A stretch of 64,000 nucleotides of DNA from Deltaproteobacteria bacterium (GCA_032128115.1 JAQBHB010000090.1:50260-114259), one strand, 5' to 3'. Shown: positions 51,394 to 61,478, counted from the first letter of the stretch. Notes: a model not told the origin generated them from the letters alone. Numbers and translations are program-made.

Positions 51394-52641
51394 ATGCGCG
51401 ACGTACGCATGAGGGGCTTCGCAGAGCGCGCCGACGTCATGGACGTGGAGCGCTTCCTGGGGGAGCACACGCGCGTGCTGGGATCCGAGCCCGTTGCGCT
51501 GCTGGCATGCGTGGGCCGGGTGTTGGCCGTGGACGTGCGCGCGGAGGTGGATGTTCCGGGTTTTCCGCGCGCGGCCATGGATGGCTACGCGGTGCGCGGC
51601 GAAGACACCTTTGGCGCTTCCCCCTACGACCCGCTCGCTCTCTCCATCGAGGGCGAGTCCATGCCCGGCCGCCCGTTCGAGGGCATCGTGGAGTCGGGTC
51701 ACGCCGTGCGGATCATGACCGGTGCACCCGTTCCCAAGGGCGCCGACGCGGTGGTCAAGGCCGAGGTCTGCAGCGAAGAGGACGGGCAGGTCCAGGTGAC
51801 CGAGGCGGTAGCGCCTCGCGCGAACGTGGGCGAGGTGGGGGAGGACATCCGCGCGGGTCAGGTTGCGCTGCAGCGGGGTCGACGCCTGCGGCCCCAGGAT
51901 GCAGGGCTGCTGGCCTCCATCGGCGTGGCGGAACCCGTGTGCGTGCGCAGGCCCCGGGTGCAACTGCTGATCACCGGCGACGAGCTGCTGCCGCCTGGCA
52001 GCCGGCCCGAGGGCGCGCGCATCGTAGACAGCAACTCGGTGGTGCTGCGCGCGCTGGTAGAACGCGACGGCGGCGAGCTTCTCCCCTTCGAAATCCTTCC
52101 CGACCGGGAGGAGCGGGTGCGAGACGCGCTGAAAGCCCCGGGGTCGGAGGTGGTGCTGGTCTCGGGGGGAAGCTCGGTGGGACTCGAGGATCACGCGCCG
52201 CGCCTGGTGGCCGAGCTGGGAAGTCTCGACTTCCACGGCGTTTCCATGCGGCCTTCCAGTCCGGCCGGCGTCGGACGTCTGGGCGAGCGCTTCGTGTTCC
52301 TGCTTCCGGGCAACCCGGTGAGCTGCCTGTGCGCCTACGAGTTCTTTGCCGGACCCACCATCCGTGGCCTCGGGGGCCGATCCCGGGCCTGGCCCCACCG
52401 GCGGGTGCATCTGCCCCTCGCCCGCAAGATCAGCTCCGCAGTGGGTCGCACCGATTACGTGCGCGTTGCCATCGAAGAGCATCGGGTGGTGCCGCTTGCC
52501 ACATCCGGGGCCTCGATCCTGTCGTCCACGGTGCGAGCGGCCGGATGCGTCATCGTGGCGCGCGAGAGCGAGGGGATGCCCGAAGGCGCCGAAGTGGAGG
52601 TGATCCTCTACGACGACGTTCCCGGGCCGGAGTTCGCGTGA
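51394..52641 (+). CDS. moeA: Molybdopterin molybdenum/tungsten transferase
   Basis: AAMDGYAV, IMTGAP, TGDEL, SGGSSVG, LPGNPVS. Confidence 0.93.
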   Translation: MRDVRMRGFAERADVMDVERFLGEHTRVLGSEPVALLACVGRVLAVDVRAEVDVPGFPRAAMDGYAVRGEDTFGASPYDPLALSIEGESMPGRPFEGIVESGHAVRIMTGAPVPKGADAVVKAEVCSEEDGQVQVTEAVAPRANVGEVGEDIRAGQVALQRGRRLRPQDAGLLASIGVAEPVCVRRPRVQLLITGDELLPPGSRPEGARIVDSNSVVLRALVERDGGELLPFEILPDREERVRDALKAPGSEVVLVSGGSSVGLEDHAPRLVAELGSLDFHGVSMRPSSPAGVGRLGERFVFLLPGNPVSCLCAYEFFAGPTIRGLGGRSRAWPHRRVHLPLARKISSAVGRTDYVRVAIEEHRVVPLATSGASILSSTVRAAGCVIVARESEGMPEGAEVEVILYDDVPGPEFA

Positions 52642-54539
52642 AGCAGGACCAGTTCCTCGAGGTCATCGACCGGGACGAGGCCGAGCGCCGCTGGCGCGTC
52701 GCCATCGATACGGCCCCCCTGGGTTCCGAGCGAGTGGCCCTGGGGGATGCCCTGGGTCGGGTGCTGGCCGAGGACGTGCGCGCCGGGGTGGATGTCCCGG
52801 GCTTCGATCGCTCCAACATGGATGGCTTCGCGGTGCGGGCCGAAGACACCTACGGCGCCAGCGAAGAGGCGCCGGTGCGCCTGCGGCTCAACGCCGAGAC
52901 CATCCCTACGGGCGTTGCGCCCGAGCAGGAGGTGGAAGCCGGTACGGCAAGCCAGATCGCCACCGGCGGCATGCTGCCCCGCGGCGCCGACGCGGTGGTG
53001 CCGGTGGAGTTCACGGATGTGGAAGAGGGCGTTCTGGTGGTTCGCAAGCCCCGGGTCCCCGGTGCCGCCCTCGCGTACGCCGGAACCGACATCGGGCGCG
53101 GCGAGACCGTGCTCTTCGCCGGAGTTCGGCTCACATCGCGCGAAACCGGCGTGCTGGCTGCCATCGGGTGCGATCAGGTAGACGTGGTGCGGCGGCCGGT
53201 AGTGGCGATCATTTCCACCGGCGACGAGATCGTGCAGCCGGGCGAAGCCATGCGCCCGGGGCTGGTGTTCGACAGCAATGGTCGCATCCTGGCCGACGCG
53301 GTCCGCGAGCTGGGGGCAGAGCCCCGGTTCCTGGGGGCCTTCCGAGACGACGAGGTCGCTCTGCGGGCAGTCCTGGCCCGGGCGCTCGAGAGCGCAGACC
53401 TCGTGCTGCTCTCCGGGGGCACCTCCAAGGGCGAGGGCGACCTGAACGGCCGGGTGGTCGCCGAACTCGACCCGGGGATTCTCGTCCACGGGGTGGCCCT
53501 GAAGCCCGGCAAGCCCATCTGCCTGGCCGCCAGCGGGCGCGTCCCCGTGGTCATCCTGCCGGGCTTTCCCACCTCGGCCGTCTTCACCTTCCACGAGTTC
53601 GTGGCGCCGGTGATCCGGGAGTTGTCCGGGCTTCCCGAAGCGAGCCGCGAGCAGGTGGAGGCGCGTCTCGCCCTCAAGACCGTGTCCGAGCGCGGCCGGC
53701 TCGAGTATCTGCTGGTGGGGCTCGTGGCCGGATCCGACGGCCTGGCCGCCTACCCCATGGGAAAGGGCAGCGGCAGCGTCACGGCCTTCAGCCGGGCCGA
53801 CGGATTCGTTCGGATCCCCCGCAACACGGAGATTGTGGAGGCGGGTTCCCGGGTCGGTGTCACCCTGCTGGGCCGGGAGCTGTCCGTGGCCGATCTGGTG
53901 ATGGTGGGGAGCCACTGCGTGGGGCTGGATCGGATCGCGAGCCGGCTTTCCCGCGAGGGCCTTTGCGTCAAGGTCCTCGTGGTGGGGAGCCAGGGCGGGC
54001 TTCTCGCCGCGCGGCGCGGCGAGTGCGACGCCGCGCCCATGCACCTGTTCGATCCGAAGACCGGGCGCTACAACGAGCCCTTCCTGGACGAGTCGCTGCG
54101 GCTCCTGGCCGGGTATCGACGCGTCCAGGGCGTGGTGACGCGCCCGGACGACACCCGTGAGACCGAGGAGTTGCTGGCCGACGCGGCGCTCCGGATGGTG
54201 AGTCGCAATCGGGGCAGCGGAACCCGGGTGCTGATCGACGAGCTGCTGGGAGAGCGGCGGCCGCCGGGAATCGCCTACGAGGTCCGCTCCCACTTCGCCG
54301 TGGCCGCCGCCGTCTCCCAGAAGCGCGCCGACTGGGGAGTCACCATCGAGACGGTGGCTCGCGAGTCCGGCCTGCGATTCCGGCCCCTGCGGCCCGAGCA
54401 CTACGACTTTGCCGTGCCCGCCGACCGCTGGGAGCGCCCGGCCGTGCGTGCGCTGCGCCGTCTGCTGGCTCCGGATCACCCGTTCCGGAACGAGCTTGCG
54501 CAGCTGGGCTTCGAGAATCCGCCCGCTCGCGACGATTGA
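52638..54539 (+). CDS. MoeA fused to a periplasmic-binding-protein (molybdate/tungstate-binding) domain
   Basis: SNMDGFAV, STGDE, SGGTSKG, KPGKP, LPGFPTS, then GSHC, GSQGGL, RNRGSGTR; GTGA overlap with moeA. Confidence 0.9.
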   Translation: MKQDQFLEVIDRDEAERRWRVAIDTAPLGSERVALGDALGRVLAEDVRAGVDVPGFDRSNMDGFAVRAEDTYGASEEAPVRLRLNAETIPTGVAPEQEVEAGTASQIATGGMLPRGADAVVPVEFTDVEEGVLVVRKPRVPGAALAYAGTDIGRGETVLFAGVRLTSRETGVLAAIGCDQVDVVRRPVVAIISTGDEIVQPGEAMRPGLVFDSNGRILADAVRELGAEPRFLGAFRDDEVALRAVLARALESADLVLLSGGTSKGEGDLNGRVVAELDPGILVHGVALKPGKPICLAASGRVPVVILPGFPTSAVFTFHEFVAPVIRELSGLPEASREQVEARLALKTVSERGRLEYLLVGLVAGSDGLAAYPMGKGSGSVTAFSRADGFVRIPRNTEIVEAGSRVGVTLLGRELSVADLVMVGSHCVGLDRIASRLSREGLCVKVLVVGSQGGLLAARRGECDAAPMHLFDPKTGRYNEPFLDESLRLLAGYRRVQGVVTRPDDTRETEELLADAALRMVSRNRGSGTRVLIDELLGERRPPGIAYEVRSHFAVAAAVSQKRADWGVTIETVARESGLRFRPLRPEHYDFAVPADRWERPAVRALRRLLAPDHPFRNELAQLGFENPPARDD

Positions 54540-54617
54540 TCTGCCACTCGCGGCCACAACTGGTTATGGTGTGCGGTCCCACCAGAGACGCAGCCGAGAG
54601 ACCACCGGAGAGACCGT

Positions 54618-55973
54618 TTGCCCGTCGCGTTGCGCAAGAATGCTCGCCTGGGCAAGTACCGCCTGGACCGCCGCATCGGGCAGGGTGCGTTCGCCGAGGT
54701 CTGGAAAGCTCGCGACACCGTGGAGAATCGGCTGGTGGCGCTCAAGGTCACCCATGGCGACGCGGCGACCCAGTGGGGCCGCTCGGCCATCGAGAACGAG
54801 GCCCGCATCGCAAGCCGTCTCCACCACCCTTCGGTGGTGGCCATTCGCAATGCCGACTGGATCGACGGGCGCTTCGTGATCGCCTCGGACCTGGCGGCCC
54901 GGAACCTGGCCGAGTATCCCGCGGCCCGCCGCTCGGGCGTGACCGCCCTCAAGGTGATCCGCCAGATTGCGTCGGCTCTGGCCTATGCCCACAGTGAGCG
55001 CGTGCTCCACCGGGATGTGAAGCCCGAGAACATCTTGATCTTCGCGGACGGCCACGCCGCGCTGACCGATTTCGGGGCCTCGCGTTTCTCCAAGGGCGCC
55101 AGTCAGACCTACACCGAGGCGGGAACCCTGGGCTACATCGCGCCGGAGCAGGCCTATGGCAAGGCCCGCTTTGCCTCGGACGTTTTTTCCCTGGGTCTGA
55201 TCGCCTACGAGACGCTGACCGGCGTGCTGCCCATGTGGCCCTTCGCCTGGCCGCCCGAGGGCCACGGGCGCTTCCTGGAGAAGGTGCCCGATCCGGTGCG
55301 CCCGGTGCTGCGCAAGGCCGCGGAGTTCGAGCCGCGCCGCCGCTATTCGGACGCCGTGGCGTTCCACACTGCGCTGGAGCGCGCCTTCGCGCGGGTCGCG
55401 GAGAGCCGATCCGTGCAGCCCCGCACGCGCAAGCGCCGCCGCAAGACGAAGGTCGATGCCTCCCCCCTGGTGGTCCAGGCCCGTGCCTTCCGGCGCGCCC
55501 ACGGCAAGGAACTGGGCCTGGGCTTCACCTGCCACCGCTGCGACGGCCCCATCAGCGAGGCCATGAGCCACTGCCCGTGGTGCGGCTCAGCCGACAACTC
55601 GTTCCGGCACGTGACCAGGTCGCCGCTGGTGTGCCCCGAGTGCGAGCGCGGGGTGCGCGCCGAGTGGACATCGTGTCCCTGGTGTTTCGCGGGCCGCTTC
55701 GAGGGCAACGGGCGCAAACCACCGCACGACCCCCTGGCCGAGCGGACCTGCAGCCGACGGGGCTGCGAGGGCCAGCTGCGTCCATTCATGCGCTACTGCC
55801 CCCTGTGCAAGCAGAAGAACCGGCGGGTGTGGTCGCATCCCCAGCTGCCCGATCGCTGCCCCCGCTGCCGGTGGCCCACTTTCCACGCCTTCCTGCGCTT
55901 CTGTCCCTGGTGCGGGCGCCGCGAGCCCCGCGCGGGTGCCTTCGTCAAGGGTCGCCGTTCCGGATCGCCCTGA
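54618..55973 (+). CDS. Ser/Thr protein kinase with C-terminal zinc-ribbon array
   Basis: IGQGAFAEV, VALK, HRDVKPEN, DFG, GTLGYIAPE; eight CxxC-type knuckles. Confidence 0.92.
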   Translation: MPVALRKNARLGKYRLDRRIGQGAFAEVWKARDTVENRLVALKVTHGDAATQWGRSAIENEARIASRLHHPSVVAIRNADWIDGRFVIASDLAARNLAEYPAARRSGVTALKVIRQIASALAYAHSERVLHRDVKPENILIFADGHAALTDFGASRFSKGASQTYTEAGTLGYIAPEQAYGKARFASDVFSLGLIAYETLTGVLPMWPFAWPPEGHGRFLEKVPDPVRPVLRKAAEFEPRRRYSDAVAFHTALERAFARVAESRSVQPRTRKRRRKTKVDASPLVVQARAFRRAHGKELGLGFTCHRCDGPISEAMSHCPWCGSADNSFRHVTRSPLVCPECERGVRAEWTSCPWCFAGRFEGNGRKPPHDPLAERTCSRRGCEGQLRPFMRYCPLCKQKNRRVWSHPQLPDRCPRCRWPTFHAFLRFCPWCGRREPRAGAFVKGRRSGSP

Positions 55974-56058
55974 GGCCCCGAAGCGCCCCCACATGCCGTC
56001 GTCGCGACATTTGGTTCATCGCCTGCCCCGTGTCACGATGGGCGCGGAGTCCACCCCC

Positions 56059-56475
56059 ATGCGTACCCTCATGATCGCCTGCGCCGGCGGGATCGTGCTC
56101 ATCGCTTTCGCGGCCGCCCTCGTCGATGCGGGCGAGGTGGCGACGCTCGAATCGCGCAACGGCGATCAGCACTGGATCGGCACGCGGCTCTGGGTCGTCG
56201 AGGTGGGCGGCGCGCTCTACGTCCGCGGTCCGGACCACAGCGGATGGGTCGAGCGTGTTCGAGCCAACCCGGTGGTGTTGCTCACCCGGGGCGATGCGAC
56301 CACGCGTTACCATGCCGTCACGAGTCCCGACGCCCGGAGCACTGCTGCCGTGGAAGGCGCCATCGCCGAGAAGTACGGAAGTGCCGAGCGCTGGTTCGAC
56401 CGGGTATTCGATGGGTCGGATCCGATCGCGGTCCGGCTCGAATCGAACGGCGCGCCCGCAGGATCGTCGCCATAG
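56059..56475 (+). CDS. DUF2255 / split-barrel-like protein with N-terminal anchor
   Basis: TRLWVVEVGGALYVR, WVERVRANP, AEKYG. Confidence 0.65.
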   Translation: MRTLMIACAGGIVLIAFAAALVDAGEVATLESRNGDQHWIGTRLWVVEVGGALYVRGPDHSGWVERVRANPVVLLTRGDATTRYHAVTSPDARSTAAVEGAIAEKYGSAERWFDRVFDGSDPIAVRLESNGAPAGSSP

Positions 56476-57683
56476 CCCACCCGCGCCGAATCCGTGCCCA
56501 CCGGAAGGGCGAGCATCTCGAGCTTCGCATCGAGTCGCTCGCTGCTGGCGGCGAGGGGGTGGCGCGTGACGCTGACGGTCGCGTGGTGTTCGTGCCCTTC
56601 ACGGCGCCCGGCGATCGCGTGCGCGTTCGACTGACCCAGCGGCACGCCCGTTTCGCCCGCGGCCGCGTGGAGGAGTTGCTCGATCCCAGCGCGCAACGAA
56701 CCGATCCGGTCTGCCCGGCGTTCGGGGCGTGCGGCGGTTGTTCGTGGCAGCACGTGGACTATTCCACCCAGGTGGAGTCGAAGGCCCGGATCCTGGAAGA
56801 CGCCATCCGCCGCGTCGGAGGGCTCGAAGTTCCGGCGCCCGTTCGCGTGATGGCGTCGCCGCGCGAGTACGGCTATCGCAGCCGTGCCCGGGTCCTCGTG
56901 CAGGGGGGGCGGGTCGGATTCCGGCGCGCGCAGTCCCACGCGCTCTGCGCCACATCCCGGTGTCCGGTTCTCGCCGAGCCCTTGCAGGCCCGACTGGCGC
57001 AGATGTCGGCAGCCCCGGGCCGGGATGGCGAGTGCGAGCTGGCGCTCGATGTGGATCGGGTGCGCGTCTGCGATGCCGAGGCGCCGGGGCCGCCGGGCGA
57101 CCGCATCTTCCTGGAGATTGCGGGCGAGCGTCTGGGCATCTCTCCCGGTGTCTTCACCCAGGGCAACAGCACCCTTTGGGATCCTCTGGCGCGCGCGGTC
57201 TGGGAGGCGGCCGGCGCGGGCGACTGCGCACTGGAGGGTTATGCAGGTGCGGGCTTCTTCACGTTGGGACTCGCGCGCCGCTTCGCGCGCCTCGTGGCCA
57301 TCGAGTCGGATCCCATGGCCGCTGCCGATCTGGTGTGGAACCTGGAGCGGGCGGGGCTCGCCGGTGTAGAGGTACGGCCCGAGACCTTCGAGCGCGCGGC
57401 GGCAGACACTGCCCTGGCTGACGCGGGTCCCCAGGTGGTGGTGCTCGATCCCCCGCGCACGGGCCTCACTGCGGAAGCTGCCGAGATCCTGGCCGCGTTG
57501 CGGGCGCCGCGGGTGGTGTACCTCTCGTGCGACCCAGCCACGCTTGCCCGCGACGCCGCCCGCCTGGCCCGTCGGGGCTACCGGATCACGCACCTGACGG
57601 GCTTCGACCTGTTCCCCCAGACCCCCCACGTCGAGGCCCTGGCCGTGCTGGAAACCGACCCCCACCCGATGCCGGTGGGCTAG
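56472..57683 (+). CDS. rlmD: TRAM-domain RNA m5U methyltransferase (RlmD/TrmA family)
   Basis: GEGVAR, VFVPFTAPGD, CPAFGACGGCSWQH, FTQGN, YAGAGFF, LDPPRTG, YLSCDPATLARD, DLFPQTPHVE; start codon uncertain. Confidence 0.88.
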   Translation: MAHPRRIRAHRKGEHLELRIESLAAGGEGVARDADGRVVFVPFTAPGDRVRVRLTQRHARFARGRVEELLDPSAQRTDPVCPAFGACGGCSWQHVDYSTQVESKARILEDAIRRVGGLEVPAPVRVMASPREYGYRSRARVLVQGGRVGFRRAQSHALCATSRCPVLAEPLQARLAQMSAAPGRDGECELALDVDRVRVCDAEAPGPPGDRIFLEIAGERLGISPGVFTQGNSTLWDPLARAVWEAAGAGDCALEGYAGAGFFTLGLARRFARLVAIESDPMAAADLVWNLERAGLAGVEVRPETFERAAADTALADAGPQVVVLDPPRTGLTAEAAEILAALRAPRVVYLSCDPATLARDAARLARRGYRITHLTGFDLFPQTPHVEALAVLETDPHPMPVG

Positions 57684-57702
57684 CGTTGCGCCAAGGGGTG
57701 TC

Positions 57703-58332
57703 GTGGATTCCGAACCCGCTACCCAGATCCGAACGCCCCATCCCGGGGCGCGATTCGTGCTCTACGTGGAGGGCCCGCGCGACCGGGGCATCCTGCGAGC
57801 CTGGTCGTACCGCCTGATTCCCTCCCGCGCTCGCCAGCTGTTCGGCGACGCGGTGATTCTCGGGGGCCGGCAGCCCGCCCGGGCCCTGGACCACTTTCGC
57901 CGAAAGCTGGGGAGGGCCGACACGGCGCGTGCGCTCTGCGTGCTCGACCGCGACGATGCGGGGCCCGACGAAGTCGACGAGACCGCAGAACCCGGACTCG
58001 GGTTCTTCACGTGGAGCCGGCGCCACATCGAGAGCTACCTGCTCGTGCCCCAGGCGATCCAACGCGTCCTTGGCGATGGCGACGGGCGCGTGGAACGCGT
58101 GTTGCGCCACCACCTGCCCGCCAGTGCTGGCGAAGAGGCCTATCGCCAGGTGGACGCGAAGCGCCTTCTGGCCCCCCAGGGTGAGCTGAGTCGCGCTCTC
58201 GGACGGCCGCTCCCCCTCGGCCGGATTGCCCGGGCCACTCGCGAGCCGGAACTCCACCCGGATGTGCACGCCCTGTTCGATCGCCTGCGTCTCGAGCTCG
58301 AACGCGTCTCGCTCCCGTCCCGCTCCCGCTAG
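57703..58332 (+). CDS. Standalone TOPRIM-like protein (OLD/DUF4435-like)
   Basis: VLYVEGPRD, CVLDRD, RRHIESYLL. Confidence 0.6.
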   Translation: MDSEPATQIRTPHPGARFVLYVEGPRDRGILRAWSYRLIPSRARQLFGDAVILGGRQPARALDHFRRKLGRADTARALCVLDRDDAGPDEVDETAEPGLGFFTWSRRHIESYLLVPQAIQRVLGDGDGRVERVLRHHLPASAGEEAYRQVDAKRLLAPQGELSRALGRPLPLGRIARATREPELHPDVHALFDRLRLELERVSLPSRSR

Positions 58333-58366
58333 GGCATCGCCCGGCTCCGGCTAGGGCATCGCCCGG
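58328..58366. repeat. 17-bp direct repeat GCTAGGGCATCGCCCGG at a convergent gene junction
   Basis: Copies at 58328-44 and 58350-66; each CTAG supplies the stop for one of the two genes. Confidence 0.9.
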
Positions 58367-59971
58367 GTGTGGACGCGCCGGATGTCGTCGCGGTCGGGGG
58401 GCCAGCTCGGCGGCCCTTCCCAGCAGCTCGCGGGCGCGAACCGGGTCGGTGTTCAGCTGGGCCCTCCCCGCGTAGAACAGCGCGTTTACGTCCTCCGGAT
58501 CCAGGTCAACGGCGGCATCGTACGCGTCCCGGGCTTCGCGCATGCGACCGTTGCGTTCGCGGGCCACGCCCAGATTGATCCAGGCGGCCGGAGTGGGAAA
58601 CAGGTCGAGGCTGTGATCGAATTCGCGGGCGGCGCTCTCCGTATCGCCAGCCTCGAGCAGCAGGACTCCCAGCTGCGAGCGGAGCGCCGGGTCATCGCGG
58701 CCCATCCACCTCAAGCGGTTCACTGCCGCTTCGAGCCGGTCGGCATCCGCGCGCGCAAGCGCCGCCTTCACCCCGAACTCGGACTCCAGGGTGCCCGCGA
58801 CGGTGAGCACCACGGCTACCGCCCCCGACGCCCACACCGCGGGTCCGAACCAGGAGGCGCGACGTGCAGGGGGTTCCGCCGGGTCGGCCTCGGCGCCACG
58901 AATCAGGATGCTCGCGATGCGGGTGTTGCGAAGCTTCCAGATCACGCCGTCGAGCATCACGTGGTGCAGGTTGATAGCGCCGGCCACCATCAGGAAGAGC
59001 CCCGAGTCGTAGGGCAGGCGCCCCACCACGCCGGGGGCCAGCAGCAGGATCGGGAAGCCGTAGATTGCGGCACCCGCCAACAGGGCCCGGATCAGGAAGC
59101 GCGATGTCGGCCGCTCCGGTCGTTGCTTGCGCGCGTAATAGGTGGTGATCCACAGATACTGGAGCGCATGCAACAGGGAGATCCAGATGAAGGTCTGGGT
59201 GGCGCGACCCGGCGCCAGGGGACCGAGGGCCTGCTCGGAGAGCCAGATCCGACTCACGATGGGCGCCGCGAACCACAGGCCCTGAACGAGCATCAGCGCG
59301 GCGGCGGGCAGACTCTGGCGCAGCGTGGCGCGGCGGCGAAGGCCCAGGATGCATTCGCCGAGCACGTAGAGGTAGATCACCGTCGCCACCAGAACCGCCG
59401 CGCCCTGGATCGCGCCGGGGATCCCCACGGGCCAGAACGCGTAGACCGTGCCGACCGCTCCCAGGGGCGCGTACTCGGCGGTTCCGGTCACGTCGCCGTG
59501 GAGGCCCAGGATCCACAACACGTAGGGAAGCACGAAGCTCGCGTACAGGAAGCGTTTGAGTTCCGGCGCCACGTCCACGCCGCTGCGCCGCAGGAAGATC
59601 AGCGCGATTCCGTAGTTCTGGCCGGTGAAGTGCCAGGGCACCACCGTCAGGTAGAGGGTGATCAGGAGCGAACCCACCGCGTGGACGTGAAGGCCCACGA
59701 GGAACGCGCTGCCCATGACCAGCGTGACCCAGACCGCGAACAGGCGGTACGCGCGCCGGTCTTCCGGCCGCTCGTAGACCCGCAACAGGGTCGCGCCCAG
59801 GTGGGGCGTGGAGAGGGCCAGCACCAGCAGGGGCATCATTCCGGGAGAGACCGGGTCGCCGGCTACGGCGATCCAGGCGAACACGGGCACGTAGAGAAGG
59901 CCGGTGCCCAGTGCGATGTCGGAACCCGGACCGTGCAGCCAGCGGGATGACACGGGAGCCGCTGCGGCCAT
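58351..59971 (-). CDS. His-motif polytopic membrane protein with C-terminal TPRs; apparent +1 frameshift near the 3' end
   Basis: PHLGATLLRVY, WHFTGQNYG, HALQYL, NLHHVMLDGVIWK, TPRs. Removing one G from the G6 run at 58396-58401 restores ...ELAPDRDDIRRVHTRAMP* ending at 58351. Confidence 0.72.
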
Positions 59972-60071
59972 CCCGGCAGGTTATCACACGGTTCGAAGCC
60001 GCCTTCGATGGGGTTCGGGCTTCCAGGACCTGTCGGCCGGGTACCCGAAACCCGATACGCTCCGTGCTCGT

Positions 60072-60866
60072 ATGTTTCGCGCGCTGGCTCTCGACTTCGA
60101 CGGTGTCATATCCGACAGCGCGCCGGAGGCGTTCGTGGTGGCCCTTCGCACCTGGGCCGAGATGCACCCCGATTCGCGCCTATGCCTGGCCGCGGCGAAG
60201 GTGTCCGGACGGGCAGCGCCCGCGCCAGACGCCGTGCAGGACCACGAGCTCTACGCCGGGTTCCTTGCGCACATGCCCCTGGGCAATCGCGCCGAGGACT
60301 ACGCCGTGGTGCTCACGGCCCTGGCAGCCGAGTTGCCATTGCCCGACCAGGCTGCCTACGACGCGCTGCGCGACGGATTCGACCCGGAATTCCTGCACTG
60401 CTTCCACAAACGCTTCTATCAGGTGCGCGGCGAACTCGGGCGGAGTGATCCCGAGGGCTGGCAGCAGCTGATGCGCCCGTATCCGGCCTTCGTCGAGCTG
60501 CTGCGCCGCCGCGCCTCGGACGTGACCCTCGCGATCGCCACCGCCAAGGACCGACACTCGGTAGCGGTTCTGCTGCGCCTCTACGGTATCGACGACCTGT
60601 TTCCCGACGGCTTCGTGCTCGACAAGGAAACGGGGTCGAACAAGGCGTCCCACATGGGGCACCTGCAGCGTATGCTGGGATTCGACTATCCGGAGATGGC
60701 CTTCGTCGACGACAAGGTCAATCATCTGGATGCGGTATCGACCCTGGGAGTGCGCTGTTGCCTGGCCGCCTGGGGTTACAACGGCTCTCGGGAGGTGGCT
60801 CTGGCCCGGGAGCGCGGACACCGGGTCTGTAGTCTCGACGACGTGGAGGCGCAGCTCTTCGCCTGA
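60072..60866 (+). CDS. HAD family hydrolase
   Basis: LDFDGVISDS, IATAK, FVDDK, AAWGYN. Confidence 0.9.
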   Translation: MFRALALDFDGVISDSAPEAFVVALRTWAEMHPDSRLCLAAAKVSGRAAPAPDAVQDHELYAGFLAHMPLGNRAEDYAVVLTALAAELPLPDQAAYDALRDGFDPEFLHCFHKRFYQVRGELGRSDPEGWQQLMRPYPAFVELLRRRASDVTLAIATAKDRHSVAVLLRLYGIDDLFPDGFVLDKETGSNKASHMGHLQRMLGFDYPEMAFVDDKVNHLDAVSTLGVRCCLAAWGYNGSREVALARERGHRVCSLDDVEAQLFA

Positions 60867-60902
60867 ACCGCTATCCTGGGCCAGATCAACGGAGGCAAGC
60901 CC

Positions 60903-61478
60903 ATGGCGACCCTGGCGACCCTGGATCTGGGATTCCGGATGCACGCCGAAAGAACCCCGAATCCCCACAGCCTCAAGTGGGTGTTGGGGCGCCGGGTGGT
61001 GGAGAGCGTCGCCACGGTGCACTTCGACGTGCCGCCCGCGCCCGAAGTCTCCCCCCTGGCATCTCGACTCTTCGAAATCGACGGTGTCACCGTGGTCTTC
61101 CTGGCCTCGAACTTCGTCACCGTGACCAAGCGCGAGGATTGCGAGTGGCAGGATCTGGCCCAGCCGATCGTGGACGCCATCAAGGAGTGCCTGGGCGACG
61201 GCGGCGCGGCGCTGGGGCCCGCGTTCCAGGTGCAGGCCGCCGCCGACGAATCCGAGGTGGTGACACGCATCCGAACCATCCTGGAACAGCAGGTGCGACC
61301 GGCCGTGGCCCAGGATGGCGGCGACATCGTGTTTGCTGGCTTCCGCGACGGCATCGTCGAGGTCTATCTGCAGGGATCGTGCAGCGGCTGCCCGAGCTCC
61401 ACCATCACCCTGAAGCAGGGCATCGAGGGTCTGCTGATGGAAGCCGTTCCCGAAGTCCAGGGCGTCGTGGCGCTCTGA
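60903..61478 (+). CDS. NifU/NfuA family Fe-S carrier (Nfu_N + NifU)
   Basis: [36 protein letters not shown]. Confidence 0.92.
   Translation: MATLATLDLGFRMHAERTPNPHSLKWVLGRRVVESVATVHFDVPPAPEVSPLASRLFEIDGVTVVFLASNFVTVTKREDCEWQDLAQPIVDAIKECLGDGGAALGPAFQVQAAADESEVVTRIRTILEQQVRPAVAQDGGDIVFAGFRDGIVEVYLQGSCSGCPSSTITLKQGIEGLLMEAVPEVQGVVAL

Noticed and set aside
51507..52637. Apparent 1010-aa MoeA fusion
   Set aside because: The upstream part is an alternative frame of moeA; the real gene starts at GTG 52638.
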